A DNA stretch of 64,000 nucleotides from an uncultured Phycisphaerales bacterium. Its GTDB lineage: Bacteria > Planctomycetota > Phycisphaerae > Tepidisphaerales > Tepidisphaeraceae. How positions within the stretch are numbered: the stretch's first letter is position 1; every line of letters starts with the position of its first letter. Below the pieces are notes generated by a model that was given only the letters and a program-made list of their open reading frames with translations, ran no database searches and had not been told where the DNA came from. The stretch is taken from the NCBI GenBank assembly GCA_963844715.1, contig CAWJPJ010000008.1:416001-480000 (forward strand), written 5' to 3'. A program made the position numbers and the translations under genes. Positions 1 to 11,706 of this stretch are shown in pieces.

Positions 1-1
1 C

Positions 2-238
2 CCTGATCAATCCGGCAAGCAAAATCGTAGCGAAGAAGATGAAGACCGTGAACGCATGGAGGGAAACGAAAAGGACGATCGCTCCCAAGGCGAACAGCGC
101 CAGCAAGGATCGTCCGGCAGCCAGCCCCAACGCGGTAGTTCTTCCGGCCAGCAAAATCAGCCCGGCCAGCAGAGCCGCCAGGGCCAGCAAGGCCAGGGCC
201 AGCATGGTCAGGGCCAGCATGGCCAGCGCAACCAATAA
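2..238 (+). CDS. Gln/Gly/Ser-rich low-complexity protein, 5' truncated by window edge
   Basis: Frame open from base 2 (PDQSGKQNRSEEDED...) through GQQGQGQHGQGQHGQRNQ; followed by a hairpin. Confidence 0.6.
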   Translation, partial: PDQSGKQNRSEEDEDRERMEGNEKDDRSQGEQRQQGSSGSQPQRGSSSGQQNQPGQQSRQGQQGQGQHGQGQHGQRNQ

Positions 239-260
239 GTCGGGCGATTATCACAACGCG

Positions 261-298
261 AGAGCCGGGGCCGGTGATGTTTGCCGGCCCCGGGCTCT
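261..298. terminator. Hairpin between convergent genes
   Basis: agagccggggccgg...ccggccccgggctct inverted repeat. Confidence 0.5.
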
Positions 299-340
299 GG
301 CGTCGAGTTTTTTCCAACGGTCTTTCTTCGCGGCGACTTT

Positions 341-1159
341 TTACGCCGATCGTCGATGCCGGCTCCCATTGTGGCTGCCGTTCCCCGCCACCAGCGATTT
401 TTTCAGCGCCTCCATTAAATTGATCGTCCGCCCCTGCGGCCGCTCCGGCTCTTCCGGCGCTGTGGTAATTTCCTTCCCGCGGACTTTCGCGTCGATCAGC
501 GCTTGAAGTTTTTTTCGGAATTCGTCCTTGAACTCCGTCAGGTCGAGCTTCGCCGTCATCGACTTGATCAGTTCTCCGGCCATCCGCAGTTCCCCCGCGG
601 AAATCTTGATCCGTTTCAGCGAGTTGCCGATCTCCTCGTCCATCCTGTCCACTTCATCGGAGTAATGCAGCGTGTGCAGCACCAGCCCTTCTTCCTTGAC
701 TCGGATCGCCGTCAAATATTGCCTTTCGCGCATCACGAAACGCGCCAGCGCCGTTTTCCCGCTGGCGCTCATCGCCTCCGTCAATAGCTTGTAAGGTTTT
801 TTCGAGTCCTTGGTCGGATTCAGATAATAAACCCGATCGTAGTAGATCGGATCAATCGCGTCCGCCCCTACAAACTCCACAATTTCCAGCGTCCGTCCGC
901 GTTCCGGTCTCAGTCGGTTAATTTCCTTCTGATCGACCAGCACATAATCCTCCGGCCCGATCTCCACTCCCTTGGCCGTCTGATTGAAATCGTATTCTTT
1001 CCCCGTCTCCGGGCAGACCAGTTTGCGCCGAAGCCGGCACGTGCCGTCCTTGGTGAGCATATGAAAATGAATCGCGTGCTCATGCACCGCGATGTTCATC
1101 TCAACCGGAACGCTCACCAATCCGAAGCTGATCGAACCTGTCCAAATGGGCCTGGCCAT
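341..1159 (-). CDS. ku: Ku NHEJ DNA end-binding protein
   Basis: MARPIWTGSISFGLVSVPV N-terminus and IDPIYYDRVYYL motif; adjacent to ligD. Confidence 0.95.
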   Translation of the reverse strand: MARPIWTGSISFGLVSVPVEMNIAVHEHAIHFHMLTKDGTCRLRRKLVCPETGKEYDFNQTAKGVEIGPEDYVLVDQKEINRLRPERGRTLEIVEFVGADAIDPIYYDRVYYLNPTKDSKKPYKLLTEAMSASGKTALARFVMRERQYLTAIRVKEEGLVLHTLHYSDEVDRMDEEIGNSLKRIKISAGELRMAGELIKSMTAKLDLTEFKDEFRKKLQALIDAKVRGKEITTAPEEPERPQGRTINLMEALKKSLVAGNGSHNGSRHRRSA

Positions 1160-1177
1160 GATCGAATCTCCTCAAGA

Positions 1178-3679
1178 TCATTCTTTGACAACCCGCCGCA
1201 AATCGACCCGCGATTTTTCGAAATCCGCCCACGGGTCTTTCTTTCGCCGATCCAGATATCCCGGCGCCGATTCAACCGTGAATTGCGCGGATGATTTCAC
1301 TCGTCCCAGTTCTTCCCAGGTGATCGGCATCGAAACCGGCGCATCCGCCCGGGCCCGGCTGGAATAGGGAGCAACGGCGGTCGCCGTCCGTCCGTTGCGG
1401 TTGTAATCCACGTAAACCTTCCCGGGCCGAAGATCCTTCCGCATATTCGCCACGAAGCGGTCCGATTTTTCGGCCAGGGAATTGGCGATGGTTTTGCAAA
1501 AGCTTTTCGCCGCGTCCCATCCGATATTCGGCTCGATCGGAATCGTCACATGCAGCCCCTTCCCGCCGGAGGTCTTCAGGAACGTCGGCAGTTTCAGCGA
1601 ATCGAGCGTTTCTTTCACCGCCCGCGCAGGATTCCACAATTTGCTTCCATGCTACGCCCGGCCCGGGATCGAGATCGAAGATCAGTTGATCCGGATGTTC
1701 CAGGTCCTTGTTCGTGCAGTTCCACGTGTGAATTTCCAAGACACCCATCTGCACCAGGGAGATCGCGCCGGCCAGATCGCTTACCGTGACGTGAAATTCC
1801 TTCTTCCCCTGTCTGACATCCACCTTGCCGACAGGTTTGGGGAGAGTCTCCGACCAGTTTCGTTGGAAGAAACATTTAGCGGAGATCCCCTCCGGGCATC
1901 GGACTAATGCGAGCGGACGATTGACGACATGGGGGAGCATCCACTCGTGCACGGCTTGGTAATACTCCGCCACATCCCGCTTGGTCGTCTTGGCCGGACC
2001 ATAGAAATTCTTGTCGGGATGCGTCAGCCGGACGCCCGCGATAGTCGTCTCGCCGGCATCTTCTGCTTTCTTCACGGCTATTCCTTCCGCTTTCATCTTA
2101 CGCGGCTTGACCGGTATTTCCCGGACAATCTCGGCGGCGGCCTTGTCGGTGCGGAACGCGACAAACACCGGATGCCGAAGCATCCCATCGCGTGTCCAGC
2201 CGGTGAATTTCACTTCTCCGACGAGCTGCGGTTTCACCCAATGTGCCCCCCGGCGCTCGCGGGCGGGCGGCGGCAAATCCGTCGGCGCGGACGGCGTCGC
2301 CAGCCCGCGCAGTCGCTTTTCGCTGCTCGTCAGCAGTTTGTCGTTGAACCCCGTGCCGACGCGCCCCGCGTAAACCAGGCGTCCCTGTGTGTCGTGATAT
2401 CCCAGAAGCAGCGATCCGAACCCTTTGCGCCGCCCCTGCGGATCGCTAAAGCCGATGATCACGAATTCCTGTCTTTGCCCGCATTTGCTTTTGATCCACG
2501 TCCCCTCGCGCCGGGAGACGTAAGTTGAATCGGCTTGTTTGGAGACAATTCCCTCCAGCCCCATGGCGCAGGCCTTGTCCACAACTTTTTCCCCGCTCCC
2601 CGGGACATGTTCGCTGAAATTGATGCGCGAGCCCAAGTCGCTTGCCTCGATGATCTTTTGCAAAAGTTTCTTTCGCTCGATCAGGGGCGAGCCGCGCAGA
2701 TCAAACCCGTCGCAAAACGGGAGATCGAAAGCGTAGTAGACGGGATTGGCCCCGGCCGGATCCTTCATCGATTCCTGCAAAGCCTGGAAATCGCTCCGCC
2801 CCTGATTGTCGAGGACGACCGCTTCCCCGTCGAGAATGGCCGAATCGACTTTCAGTTTGGCCAGCGCCCTGGCGATCCCCGGGAATTTAGCGGTCCAGTC
2901 CTTGAAGTGGCTGGTCATGAGTTGAACCTTGCCCGAATTGATCCGCGCGAGAATTCGGTACCCGTCGAATTTGATTTCGTGGACCCACGCCTCCCCGGCG
3001 GGGGGCGACTCCCCCAGAACAGCGAGCTGCGGAGACAGCTTCGCAGGCAGCGCCGCCTTCACCGCACCCGGAATGCGCGCGACCTCTTTTGCCTCATCGC
3101 TCCACACGTCGTCGCGCGCTCCGGCGATTTCCTCCATCGACCGCTTCGTGCTGACGCTTTCCGGCTCATCGCGCAAGACGTCGTCGTTGCCGGCGGCGTA
3201 TTTGTCCTTGATCTTCATGAGCAGCCAATTTTCCCGCCCGCACCCGCTTGTCCGTGCATTTGCACCAAGGCCCACTCGCCATGCAGTTTTTCACCGTTGA
3301 GAATGAAATGAAGCTTTCCCTGCGCCAAGCCCTCATGGGGATCGGACAGCGGCTCCCAAGTTCCGCGGTCCCAGAGCAGGACTGTCCCGCCGCCGTATTC
3401 GCCTTTGGGGATAACGCCTTCAAAGCCGCCGTATTCCAGAGGATGGTCTTCGACCTGCACGGCCAGCGATTTTCGCGACGGATCAAGCGAGGGCCCTTTC
3501 GGCACGGCCCAGCTCTTGAGCACCCCGTCGAGTTCCAGCCGAAAGTCGTAATGCAGCCGCGTCGCGTCGTGTTTCTGAATGACGTATTCCAGTGTCTTCG
3601 ATGTTTTGCCCCCCGCGCCGCCGCGCGGCTCCGGCGTCCGGTTGAAATGGCGTTTTTTTCGATATGTAGAAAGCGTCAT
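1178..3679 (-). CDS. ligD: DNA ligase D (phosphoesterase, ligase, polymerase domains); two apparent frameshifts
   Basis: IQKHDATRLHYDFRLE, HEIKFDGYR, EGIVSK, FDLDPG and KTSGGKGLHV across three ORFs. Confidence 0.93.
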
Positions 3680-3892
3680 GGGGCCACCAATTCGCGAGCA
3701 TATTTCAGCCTCAACGATTCGACAACGACATAAACGGCATGGGCCCAGAACGCCGGCGGACAATTCGGCGGTATTGCCGGTGGTCTTGGACCTTTTGTCA
3801 TGGCTTTCACTTTGTTTGCATGTTTCATCCCTTTTATCGCTTTCGGCATCCTGTTTGCCTTATCCCCTGTGGTTCTTGAAAGGAGCCTGCTC

Positions 3893-4081
3893 ATGCTTCG
3901 CTGGAGCCTGGTATTTCTCATCGTGGCGATCATCGCGGCGATTTTCGGTTTCGGAAACATCGCCGCCAACGCAACCGATATCGCGCGGATTCTGTTCCTC
4001 GTTTTTCTAGTGTTGTTTGTGCTCAGTCTGCTGTTCGGACTGATCACCGGACGCCGTCCCCCGATGGGACCGCCGATATAG
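3893..4081 (+). CDS. DUF1328/UPF0391 small membrane protein
   Basis: [33 protein letters not shown] upstream. Confidence 0.85.
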   Translation: MLRWSLVFLIVAIIAAIFGFGNIAANATDIARILFLVFLVLFVLSLLFGLITGRRPPMGPPI

Positions 4082-4090
4082 GTGCGATGA

Positions 4091-4489
4091 ATGCGCCATA
4101 AGGCGCACAGGTCGAGCGATCAACCCGGCGCCGACATCGATGAGGTGTATTGGCGAAAAGTGATTCTGCACAAGAGTCACTACGATCCGGAGATCGGATT
4201 CGACCGCTATCGCTGGGCCTTGCGTTACGGCCAGATGGAGCGAAGGCGCCGCGGAGAGAATGTGAAACTCGATCAGGTTCTCTCCGATCTGGCCGAGGGT
4301 TGGAAAGATTTTGGAGGCCCCAGCCGCTTGACCTGGGAACAGGCGCGCGCCGCGGTGGCGGATTCGTGGAATAACACCGAGACGCTCGTGGCCGAGTCGA
4401 TTGCCAATCAGGGAGGATTCAAATCTTCGCCGACGTTTACGGAGCATGGATCGCGCGTGCCGCGGAATATCGACGAGCCGAACGCGTAG
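4091..4489 (+). CDS. Hypothetical protein, possibly stress-associated
   Basis: 132-aa ORF directly after DUF1328 gene; SRLTWEQARAAVADSW segment. Confidence 0.6.
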   Translation: MRHKAHRSSDQPGADIDEVYWRKVILHKSHYDPEIGFDRYRWALRYGQMERRRRGENVKLDQVLSDLAEGWKDFGGPSRLTWEQARAAVADSWNNTETLVAESIANQGGFKSSPTFTEHGSRVPRNIDEPNA

Positions 4490-4616
4490 GAGTAACGCGA
4501 AGACGGGACATTTATCGAGCGGCCGCCCTGAGTGAGTGGCTGCGGGCGGTTTGCCGACTCTAAAGCTCCAGGCAGATCGCCCATTCTTCGGAGCCGCTTC
4601 TTGAAGGAGTTGTCTT

Positions 4617-4988
4617 ATGCGTTATGCACTTTTTCTTTTCCTGGCGATGGTTGGGGGATTCGTGTTTTTGAATCTCAACGCCTGCTCGACCAGCCAGCCT
4701 GGCGCAACCGATACGCTCGGCACATACAGCTCGAACGTCGCCGCCGCGCCGGACAAGGTCACCGACGCCGCGCACAAAGCATGCAATGATCTGAATCTTC
4801 AGAACATCAATGCCACCGGAACCAGTGTTGACGGCAAGGTGACCGCCCAAACGGCCGAGGGCCAGGACGTTAACATCACGATCGCCCAGGCGGGCGACAA
4901 CGTGAGCAAAGTGTCCATCCGCGTCGGCGCCACCGGCGACGAGCAGATCAGCAGGCAACTGATGGATAAGATCCAGGACCATCTGTAA
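4617..4988 (+). CDS. Lipoprotein, DUF3568-like
   Basis: Signal peptide with LNAC lipobox; SKVSIRVGATGD motif; AAGGAG RBS; paralog at 6367-6750. Confidence 0.75.
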   Translation: MRYALFLFLAMVGGFVFLNLNACSTSQPGATDTLGTYSSNVAAAPDKVTDAAHKACNDLNLQNINATGTSVDGKVTAQTAEGQDVNITIAQAGDNVSKVSIRVGATGDEQISRQLMDKIQDHL

Positions 4989-5117
4989 GAGCTTACTTAC
5001 CCCTTACGTGCGCCATACTCTCCGCTTGCCGAAGACCCAGTTATTGTGACTGGGCCTTCGGCTTTTCGCGCGATATTTGACGTTGCCGCCTGGGTGGCGC
5101 CGGGGTATTTTAAAATC

Positions 5118-6266
5118 ATGTTTGGCCGCTCCTATCGGCTTCCCATCCGCCTTCTGGGCATTCCGCTCTACGTCGATCTCTCCTTCCTCATCGTCCTGCC
5201 GCTCCTGGCATGGATCATCGGGAGCCAGGTTGGCTATTTCGCCAAAATGTTCTCGATCCCGATGTCCCCGGCCCTCACGTCGGGGGCGATGCCCTATGTT
5301 TTGGGTTTGGTGGCCGCGGCAGGGCTCTTCGTGAGCGTCGTCATACACGAACTGGGACATGCCGTGACCGCGCCGGGTATGGGGTCAACGTGCGGCGGAT
5401 CACGCTTTGGTTTCTGGGCGGGGTGGCGCAATTTGAGGATATCCCGCGTCAGCCGGGCGCCGAAGCCGTGATCGCCATTGTCGGGCCCATCGTCAGTTTC
5501 GTGCTGGGAATTTTGTGCTGGCTCGGCCTCCGCGCAACGCCGGAAAATTTGGTGTCGCTACGATTCGTTCTGGCTTACCTCTGTTACATGAATATTGTGG
5601 TGGCGGTCTTCAATCTGATTCCCGCGCTTCCCATGGACGGCGGGCGCGTCCTGCGGTCGCTGCTGGCCCTGGCGATGCCGCATCCGGACGCCACGCGCGC
5701 CGCCGCCGCAATCAGCAAAGGTCTTGCCCTGCTGATGGGCCTGTTCGGTTTGTTCAGCCTCAATTTCTTTTTGCTCCTGATCGCGGTTTTCATCTACATG
5801 GCCGTCAGCGCTGAGAACGCGCACCACCCAGCTTGAGGATCTTCTGGGCGGAACTCTGGTGCGCGATTTGATCAGCGCGGATGTGCATACGGTGCCGGCC
5901 GATCTTCCCGTCGCCGATTTGCCCCAGCGCGTTCTGCACGAGCATCACCTGGGCTTTCCCGTCACGGATCAGGCGGGAAATGTCCTGGGTCTGGTCACGC
6001 TTGAGGATGCCCAGGGAAAAGACCCCCGGCTGCCCGTGAGGGACGTGATGAAATCGAATGCGCCGACGTTGCCCGAGCAGGCGACTGCCGTCGAAGCGCT
6101 TCACCTCATGAGCCGCAGCGGGTCAGGGAGAGTGATCGCCACGCAAACCGGCGGAAGGATGAGCGGCATCATCACCATGGCGGACCTCATGCGCCTGATC
6201 CAGGCTCGCCTGGCCGGGTGGGCTCCCGCCTCCAGGCCGACCAGCGCCAAGCCTAAGTTGAAATGA
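5118..6266 (+). CDS. Site-2 protease (M50) with CBS pair; frameshifted
   Basis: HELGH and FNLIPALPMDGGR motifs, then CBS-like ORF 5859-6266. Confidence 0.88.
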
Positions 6267-6300
6267 GACGACCCGCCCCCGAGGCAGCAATCAATCCACC

Positions 6301-6338
6301 AAAAAACCAAGCCGGCGGAGTAAAAACCCCGCCGGCTT
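6301..6338 (-). terminator. Intrinsic terminator of the minus-strand lipoprotein gene
   Basis: aagccggcgg...ccgccggctt stem with an A-run on its left side. Confidence 0.6.
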
Positions 6339-6366
6339 AGGGAATCAAAGGACAAAACCCGCGCGG

Positions 6367-6750
6367 TCAGAACCAGGAGGACAAATTGCTCCTGATCTGA
6401 TCGACAATTTCCTTGCTGATCGCCGGGTCGCCGGTTGCGCCGACTCGCACCGTCACGCTGCTCTGGTCCTGGCCGGCCTGGGCAATCTCGATGTTCACAT
6501 CTTCGCCCTGGGCGGTCTTGGCGGTGACTTTTCCGTCCACCTTCGTCGAGTTTGAACTGACGTTGATGAGCTTCAAATCCTGGCACGCCTTGTCGGCTGC
6601 ATTGGTCACCTTATCGGGCGAGGCATTCACATTCGTGCTGTAGTTGCCCAGCGCATCGGTCGCGCCCGGCTGCGTCGTGGTGCAACTCGTGGAGGTGAGC
6701 AGCAGCAGCGCTGCCGCAAAAAGCACGATCAGAAAAATGAGAGCTTTCAT
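6367..6750 (-). CDS. Lipoprotein, DUF3568-like (paralog of 4617-4988)
   Basis: Signal peptide ending in Cys; shared QPGATD, PDKVT, VDGKVTA and RVGATGD blocks. Confidence 0.75.
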   Translation of the reverse strand: MKALIFLIVLFAAALLLLTSTSCTTTQPGATDALGNYSTNVNASPDKVTNAADKACQDLKLINVSSNSTKVDGKVTAKTAQGEDVNIEIAQAGQDQSSVTVRVGATGDPAISKEIVDQIRSNLSSWF

Positions 6751-6999
6751 AGAGCCGCTCCTTTCGTAAAAATGAACTCGCTCGGGGCCCCATTCATAAA
6801 TCGTTCTCTTTTCAAAGCAGTTTTCATCAGCAGCTTTTCCTCACGTGATTATCTCCCATAATCGCGATTTTCGGGGATCGGGAATTCCCCGACTTTGGAA
6901 TGAAATATTCCCCGGTGTGTGAAAAAATTAACAGGTCATTTTTACTTGATTCGGCGCGGGCTTTGCTCTGCATACCTGTAGATTACAAGAGGGAGACGT

Positions 7000-7374
7000 A
7001 TGGCAAAGATTCTGCTCATTGACGATCATCACGATTCACGTGACATTGTCGGCCGAATTCTCGTGATGCACGGTCATCGCGTGGAAATGGCTGACTCCGC
7101 CGAGGAAGCCTTGCGAATCATTTCACAATCGCTGCCCGATCTTCTCGTGGCGGACAATCGCCTGCCGGGAATGTCCGGCCTGGAACTCCTTAGCCAAATC
7201 CGCCAAAGTCCGCAAACCGCCTCGCTCCCCGTGATCATTTGCAGCGGCGACAAAACCGAACGCGAGACCGCCATGGAGGAAGGCGCCGCCGATTTCTGGA
7301 TCAAAGGTTCGGAAGAAATGTTCGATAAAATTGCGAAGTTGGATTACAACTATACGCGCAAAAAGAATCCGTAG
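7000..7374 (+). CDS. Single-domain response regulator receiver
   Basis: KILLIDD, LLVADNRLPGMSGLELL, FWIK motifs. Confidence 0.9.
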   Translation: MAKILLIDDHHDSRDIVGRILVMHGHRVEMADSAEEALRIISQSLPDLLVADNRLPGMSGLELLSQIRQSPQTASLPVIICSGDKTERETAMEEGAADFWIKGSEEMFDKIAKLDYNYTRKKNP

Positions 7375-7618
7375 AAAAAAAGCCGACGCAATTCATTGAT
7401 CGCCATTCACATTATCGCCCGGCAAGCCGCGCCGCCTTCCTGGGCCAATCCCCTCGAGTCGTCCATCGTTTTTTTTTCAATAAGCCGCTGTCGACGCGGT
7501 GTTCGTTCGCGACCGTATGCTCCTGGTGTCGTTTGCAAGGCTCCCGCTTTGGATAACCGAAGTCTCTCGGTATGATTGGGAGACCTGTCGTCTGAGGCAA
7601 AAGCGAGGAACCGGCGCC

Positions 7619-8026
7619 ATGGCTGAAAACGATCCAAATTCGGGAAATGTGAACTACGCATCCCCAGGCACTCCGCAGGGAGGATACCCCGCCCCCTACG
7701 CCGGTCCGCCCGCCGACAAAGATGCAATCACCATGGCCCTTCTTTCCCACCTGCTGGGAATCTTCACGGGGTTTATCGTTCCACTGATCATCTGGCTCCT
7801 CAAAAAAGACGCCAACCCATTCGTCGAAGATCAATCCAAGGAGGCGCTGAACTTCCAGATCTCGCGATTGCTGGCGACGGCCGTCTGCTTCGTCGGCTTC
7901 TGCATGGCCCCGATCCTGATCGCGACCGTTCAGGTCACCTGCCTGGTCTTCTCGATCATCGCGACCATCCAATCCAGCAAGGGGGTGGCGTATCGGTATC
8001 CTCTTTGCCTGCGGCTGGTGAAGTAA
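7619..8026 (+). CDS. DUF4870 membrane protein
   Basis: MALLSHLL...PLIIWL...KEALNFQI...YRYPL. Confidence 0.85.
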   Translation: MAENDPNSGNVNYASPGTPQGGYPAPYAGPPADKDAITMALLSHLLGIFTGFIVPLIIWLLKKDANPFVEDQSKEALNFQISRLLATAVCFVGFCMAPILIATVQVTCLVFSIIATIQSSKGVAYRYPLCLRLVK

Positions 8027-8169
8027 CCACCGGTTGCCAAAGAGGTTCTGCAGCGATGGCTCAATTGGCACGGCACTGGTTTTGCAAACCGGCGGTTACC
8101 AGTTCAGCTCTGGATCGCGGCACTTTCGTCCAGTCCCGCGCTCCGATATGCTGCCATCGGTAACCACCC

Positions 8170-10138
8170 ATGGCCGCAGAATCGACCGACCAACTCATCG
8201 AATCCGCCTACGCCTTCCACGATGCCGGCCAGCTCGACCGCGCCGAGAAGATGTACCGCGAAATCCTCGACGCCCACCCGGATGAACCCGACGCCATGCA
8301 GCTCCTCGGCGTCCTCTACCTGCAGCAAGGCCGGCGCGACAAAGCCAAGGCAATGCTCCTGCGCTGCGCCGAGGTGGACCCCGAAGCGCCGGATTGTCAC
8401 TATCATCTTGGCCTCATCGCCGCCGAAACCGGGAACCACGAAGAAGCGGCCCGCGAATTCGAGCTGGCAGGCCGCCTCCGCGGCGACTTCCCCGAGGCAT
8501 TCGAGCAGCTGGGCCGTTCCTTGCAAAAACTGGGCAAATGGACCGACGCCGCCGAAGCCCATCGCCGCGCCATTCTTCTGTGCCCCAGCGCCAGCGAGGA
8601 ATATCTCCAGCTGGCCACCTCGCTTCACCGCGCGGGCCAGCTTCAGGAAGCCGTCTCCACTTTCCAAAGGGTTCTCGATATCGACCCCGCTCGTACACCG
8701 CGTCCTACGCCCTGGGCTATATTCTTCGCCAGCTCGATTGCTGGGACGATTCCATCGCTGCCTATCGCAAGGCGCTGGAATTGCGCTGGGGCGACGTTCC
8801 CACCTGCAACAATCTCGCCGCCGCGCTCAAAGACACCGGGCAACTCGACGAGGCGATCCAATCTTTCGATCAGGCGATCGCCACCGAGCCCGCCAACGCC
8901 GCGATCGCGAGCAATCGCCTCTTCGTGCTGCATTTTCATCCCGCCTACGAGGCCGCCGATCTTCTCAAAGAGCATCTCTACTGGAACGAAAAACACGCCC
9001 GCCCTCTCGCCGAGACGATCCGCCCGCACGCCAACGACCGCTCCCCCGACCGCCGCCTGAAAATCGGCTACGTCTCCGGCGATTTCCGCCAGCATCCCGT
9101 GGGCCAGGCGATCGAGCCGCTGATCGACAACCACGACCGCGAAAAATTCGAGGTCTTCTGCTTCAGCAATTCGTCCGCGGAGGACGCCGTCACCAAGCGG
9201 ATTTCCGCGGCCGCGGATCATTGGGAAGTCGTCGCCGGGTGGACCGACGAAAAAGTCGCCGACACCATCCGTGAGCGCGGAATCGACATCCTGGTCGATC
9301 TGTCCCTGCACATGGGCTTAAACCGCATGCTCACCTTTGCGCGAAAGCCGGCGCCCGTGCAGGTAACGTACCTTGGCTATCCCGGCACCACGGGCCTGAG
9401 CACGATGGACTACCGCATCAGCGACCCCTGGCTCGACCCACCGGGAACCGACGATTTTTACACCGAGAAAACCATCCGTCTTCCGCACCTATCTCTGCTG
9501 GCGCTGGAACGGCGACCAAGAACCGCTGGACGATCCCCCCGTCGTACACCGTCGCCAGATCACCTTCGGCAGCCTCAATAATTTCTGCAAAGTCACCCCC
9601 GAAGTGTTGCACACGTGGGGCGAGCTGCTCGCAAACGTGCCCGGCTCGCGGCTCATCGTGCCGCGCCCCGGCGGGCGAAACCGGGCGCAGAATCCGCGGC
9701 ATCATGTCCGGGTACGGCGTCGCCGACGATCGCATCGTTTTGACCAATCGCCTGCCCTGGGACGAATACGTTCGACTTTGCCGGCAGCTCGACATCTCCC
9801 TCGACCCATTCCCCTATCCCGGCCATACAACCAGCCTCGATGCCCTGTGGATGGGCGTTCCGGTCGTAACCCTGTCGGGCCGCACTGCCGCCAGCCGCGG
9901 CGGAGCGAGCATCCTGCAAAACCTCGGCCTGCCCGAACTGATCGCGAACAACGAGCGACAGTACATCGAGATCGCCGCCAACCTCGCCGCCGATGTCCCG
10001 CGCTTAAAGGAATTGCGAAAAACGCTCCGAGATCGCATCCGCAATTCCGCTCTCATGGACGAGAAAACATTCGCCAGGGACATCGAGTCGGCCTATCGCC
10101 GGATTTGGCAAGACTACTGCGCCAAAGCACCCCAATGA
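8170..10138 (+). CDS. TPR-containing SPINDLY-like O-GlcNAc transferase (GT41); frameshifted
   Basis: TPRs then IGYVSGDFRQHPV, DILVDL, PAPVQVTYLGYPGTTGL, LDPFPYPGHTTSLDALWMGVPVVTL. Confidence 0.9.
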
Positions 10139-10183
10139 CATTTCTGTTGTGAGCCGCCCGGAGCACGCTTAGAATCCGCCTCC

Positions 10184-11683
10184 ATGTCATTGTTAGCTGG
10201 GGGAGCGACGAAGAAGTCGGGCGCAGAGCGCACGTTGAACTCGGCTGCGATCGCCGAATACATCTTCATCGCGTCGCTGGGGATCATCCTCGGGACGGGG
10301 TTTTTGCTCTTTTGGCACGCCGTTCCCCTGGCGGATGATTTCTATCGTGCCGTCGAGTCCCGCCAGCTGGGAATCTGGCCGTCGCTCCGCTCGGAGTACG
10401 TCGGCTGGACCGGCCGCTGGGCCGGCGCGCTGATCGAACTGATCGCCACCCGGTTCGCCGTCACCTTCCGATTTTATCCGCTGGTCATCCTGCCTTTCGC
10501 GTTGGTCATGGCCGCCGCCGTCTATCGATTCGCCGGCGCCGTCCTCGGCGCCGCGCCGCGCGCCTTCTGGTCGCCATCACCGCCAGTTTCATTTGCTTCT
10601 ACTTTTCGCGAATGCCCGGACCAGGTGAAACGTTCTACTGGCTCACCGGGGCGGCCGAGAATCAGTTCGGACTGTCCCTCTACCTGCTCGTCCTCGCCGC
10701 GCTCCTTCGCGCCTCCAATTCAAACCGTGCGCCCGGCATCGCCAAACTTTTGCTCCTTTTCCTGGGGACGATATTTGCCGCCGGAACCCACGAACTTTAT
10801 GCCCTTATGTTCGTCATTGTGACCGCGGCGGGGGCATTTCTCGCCTTTCAGATTCGCAGCCGGAGCGCTCGAGCATGGACCGTCGCGACCCTGGCCGCTG
10901 TTGTGGGGTTTTTGATCGTTTACGTGGCCCCGGGAAATCGGGTCCGCGAAGCGACCCTTGCCAATCACGGCAATCTTCGCGTCGCGCTATTCGTCGGCAT
11001 CGCTCAGGGGAAAAGCTACCTCCTCTGGTGGACGCAAAATTTCGCGCTGTGGATCGCCACGCTTTTGTTTTTGTCCCATCCCGCTGTGCGGGGCGCCCAT
11101 CCGCGCTGGACGAGCGGCTGGGTCGCCCGCTGGTGGCCGGTCGTTCCCACCGCTTACGTCCTGATTCTGGCCGGAGGCTTCTTCGGACCAAGCTGGGCCA
11201 TGGGCTACGAGATGGCTCCGCGCACCGCCAATGCCATCTACTTCTGTTTCCTTCTCGGCTGGATGCTCACTGCCTTCGTTCTGACCCGCCCGGGCGGCCC
11301 CTTCGCGGCGTTTCGCCTTAATTGGGTTCGCTTCCGGCCCTGGCTTCTGGTCGGATTTGCCATCGCGATTCTGACCGGCCCGGATATTGGCGCAGGCCGT
11401 GCGCGACGCGTTGCGCCGATCCGACCAGTACGCCGCCGAAATGCACCGGCGCGATGATCTTCTGGCCAATGCGCGGCGGAAGGGCCAGTTGGACGTCCAG
11501 GTCCCGCCAATCCGCGTCTGGCCTCCCTCTTACCCGAGCCAGGGAGTGGGGGAATTGGCCGGAAACAGCGACTATTGGGTCAACGAGAGCGTCGCCGAAT
11601 ATTCCGGGCTGCGCTCCGTCAAACTGAAATCTCCGGCCCCCGATTCTCAAGTCTCCCCGGATAAGGGATCGCCCCCGAATTAG
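10184..11683 (+). CDS. Polytopic membrane protein, DUF6056-like; frameshifted
   Basis: ADDF, WTGRW, ETFYWLTG and APGN motifs over three ORFs with many hydrophobic segments. Confidence 0.6.
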
Positions 11684-11706
11684 CGTAATATAGGCGGCGG
11701 GAAACC

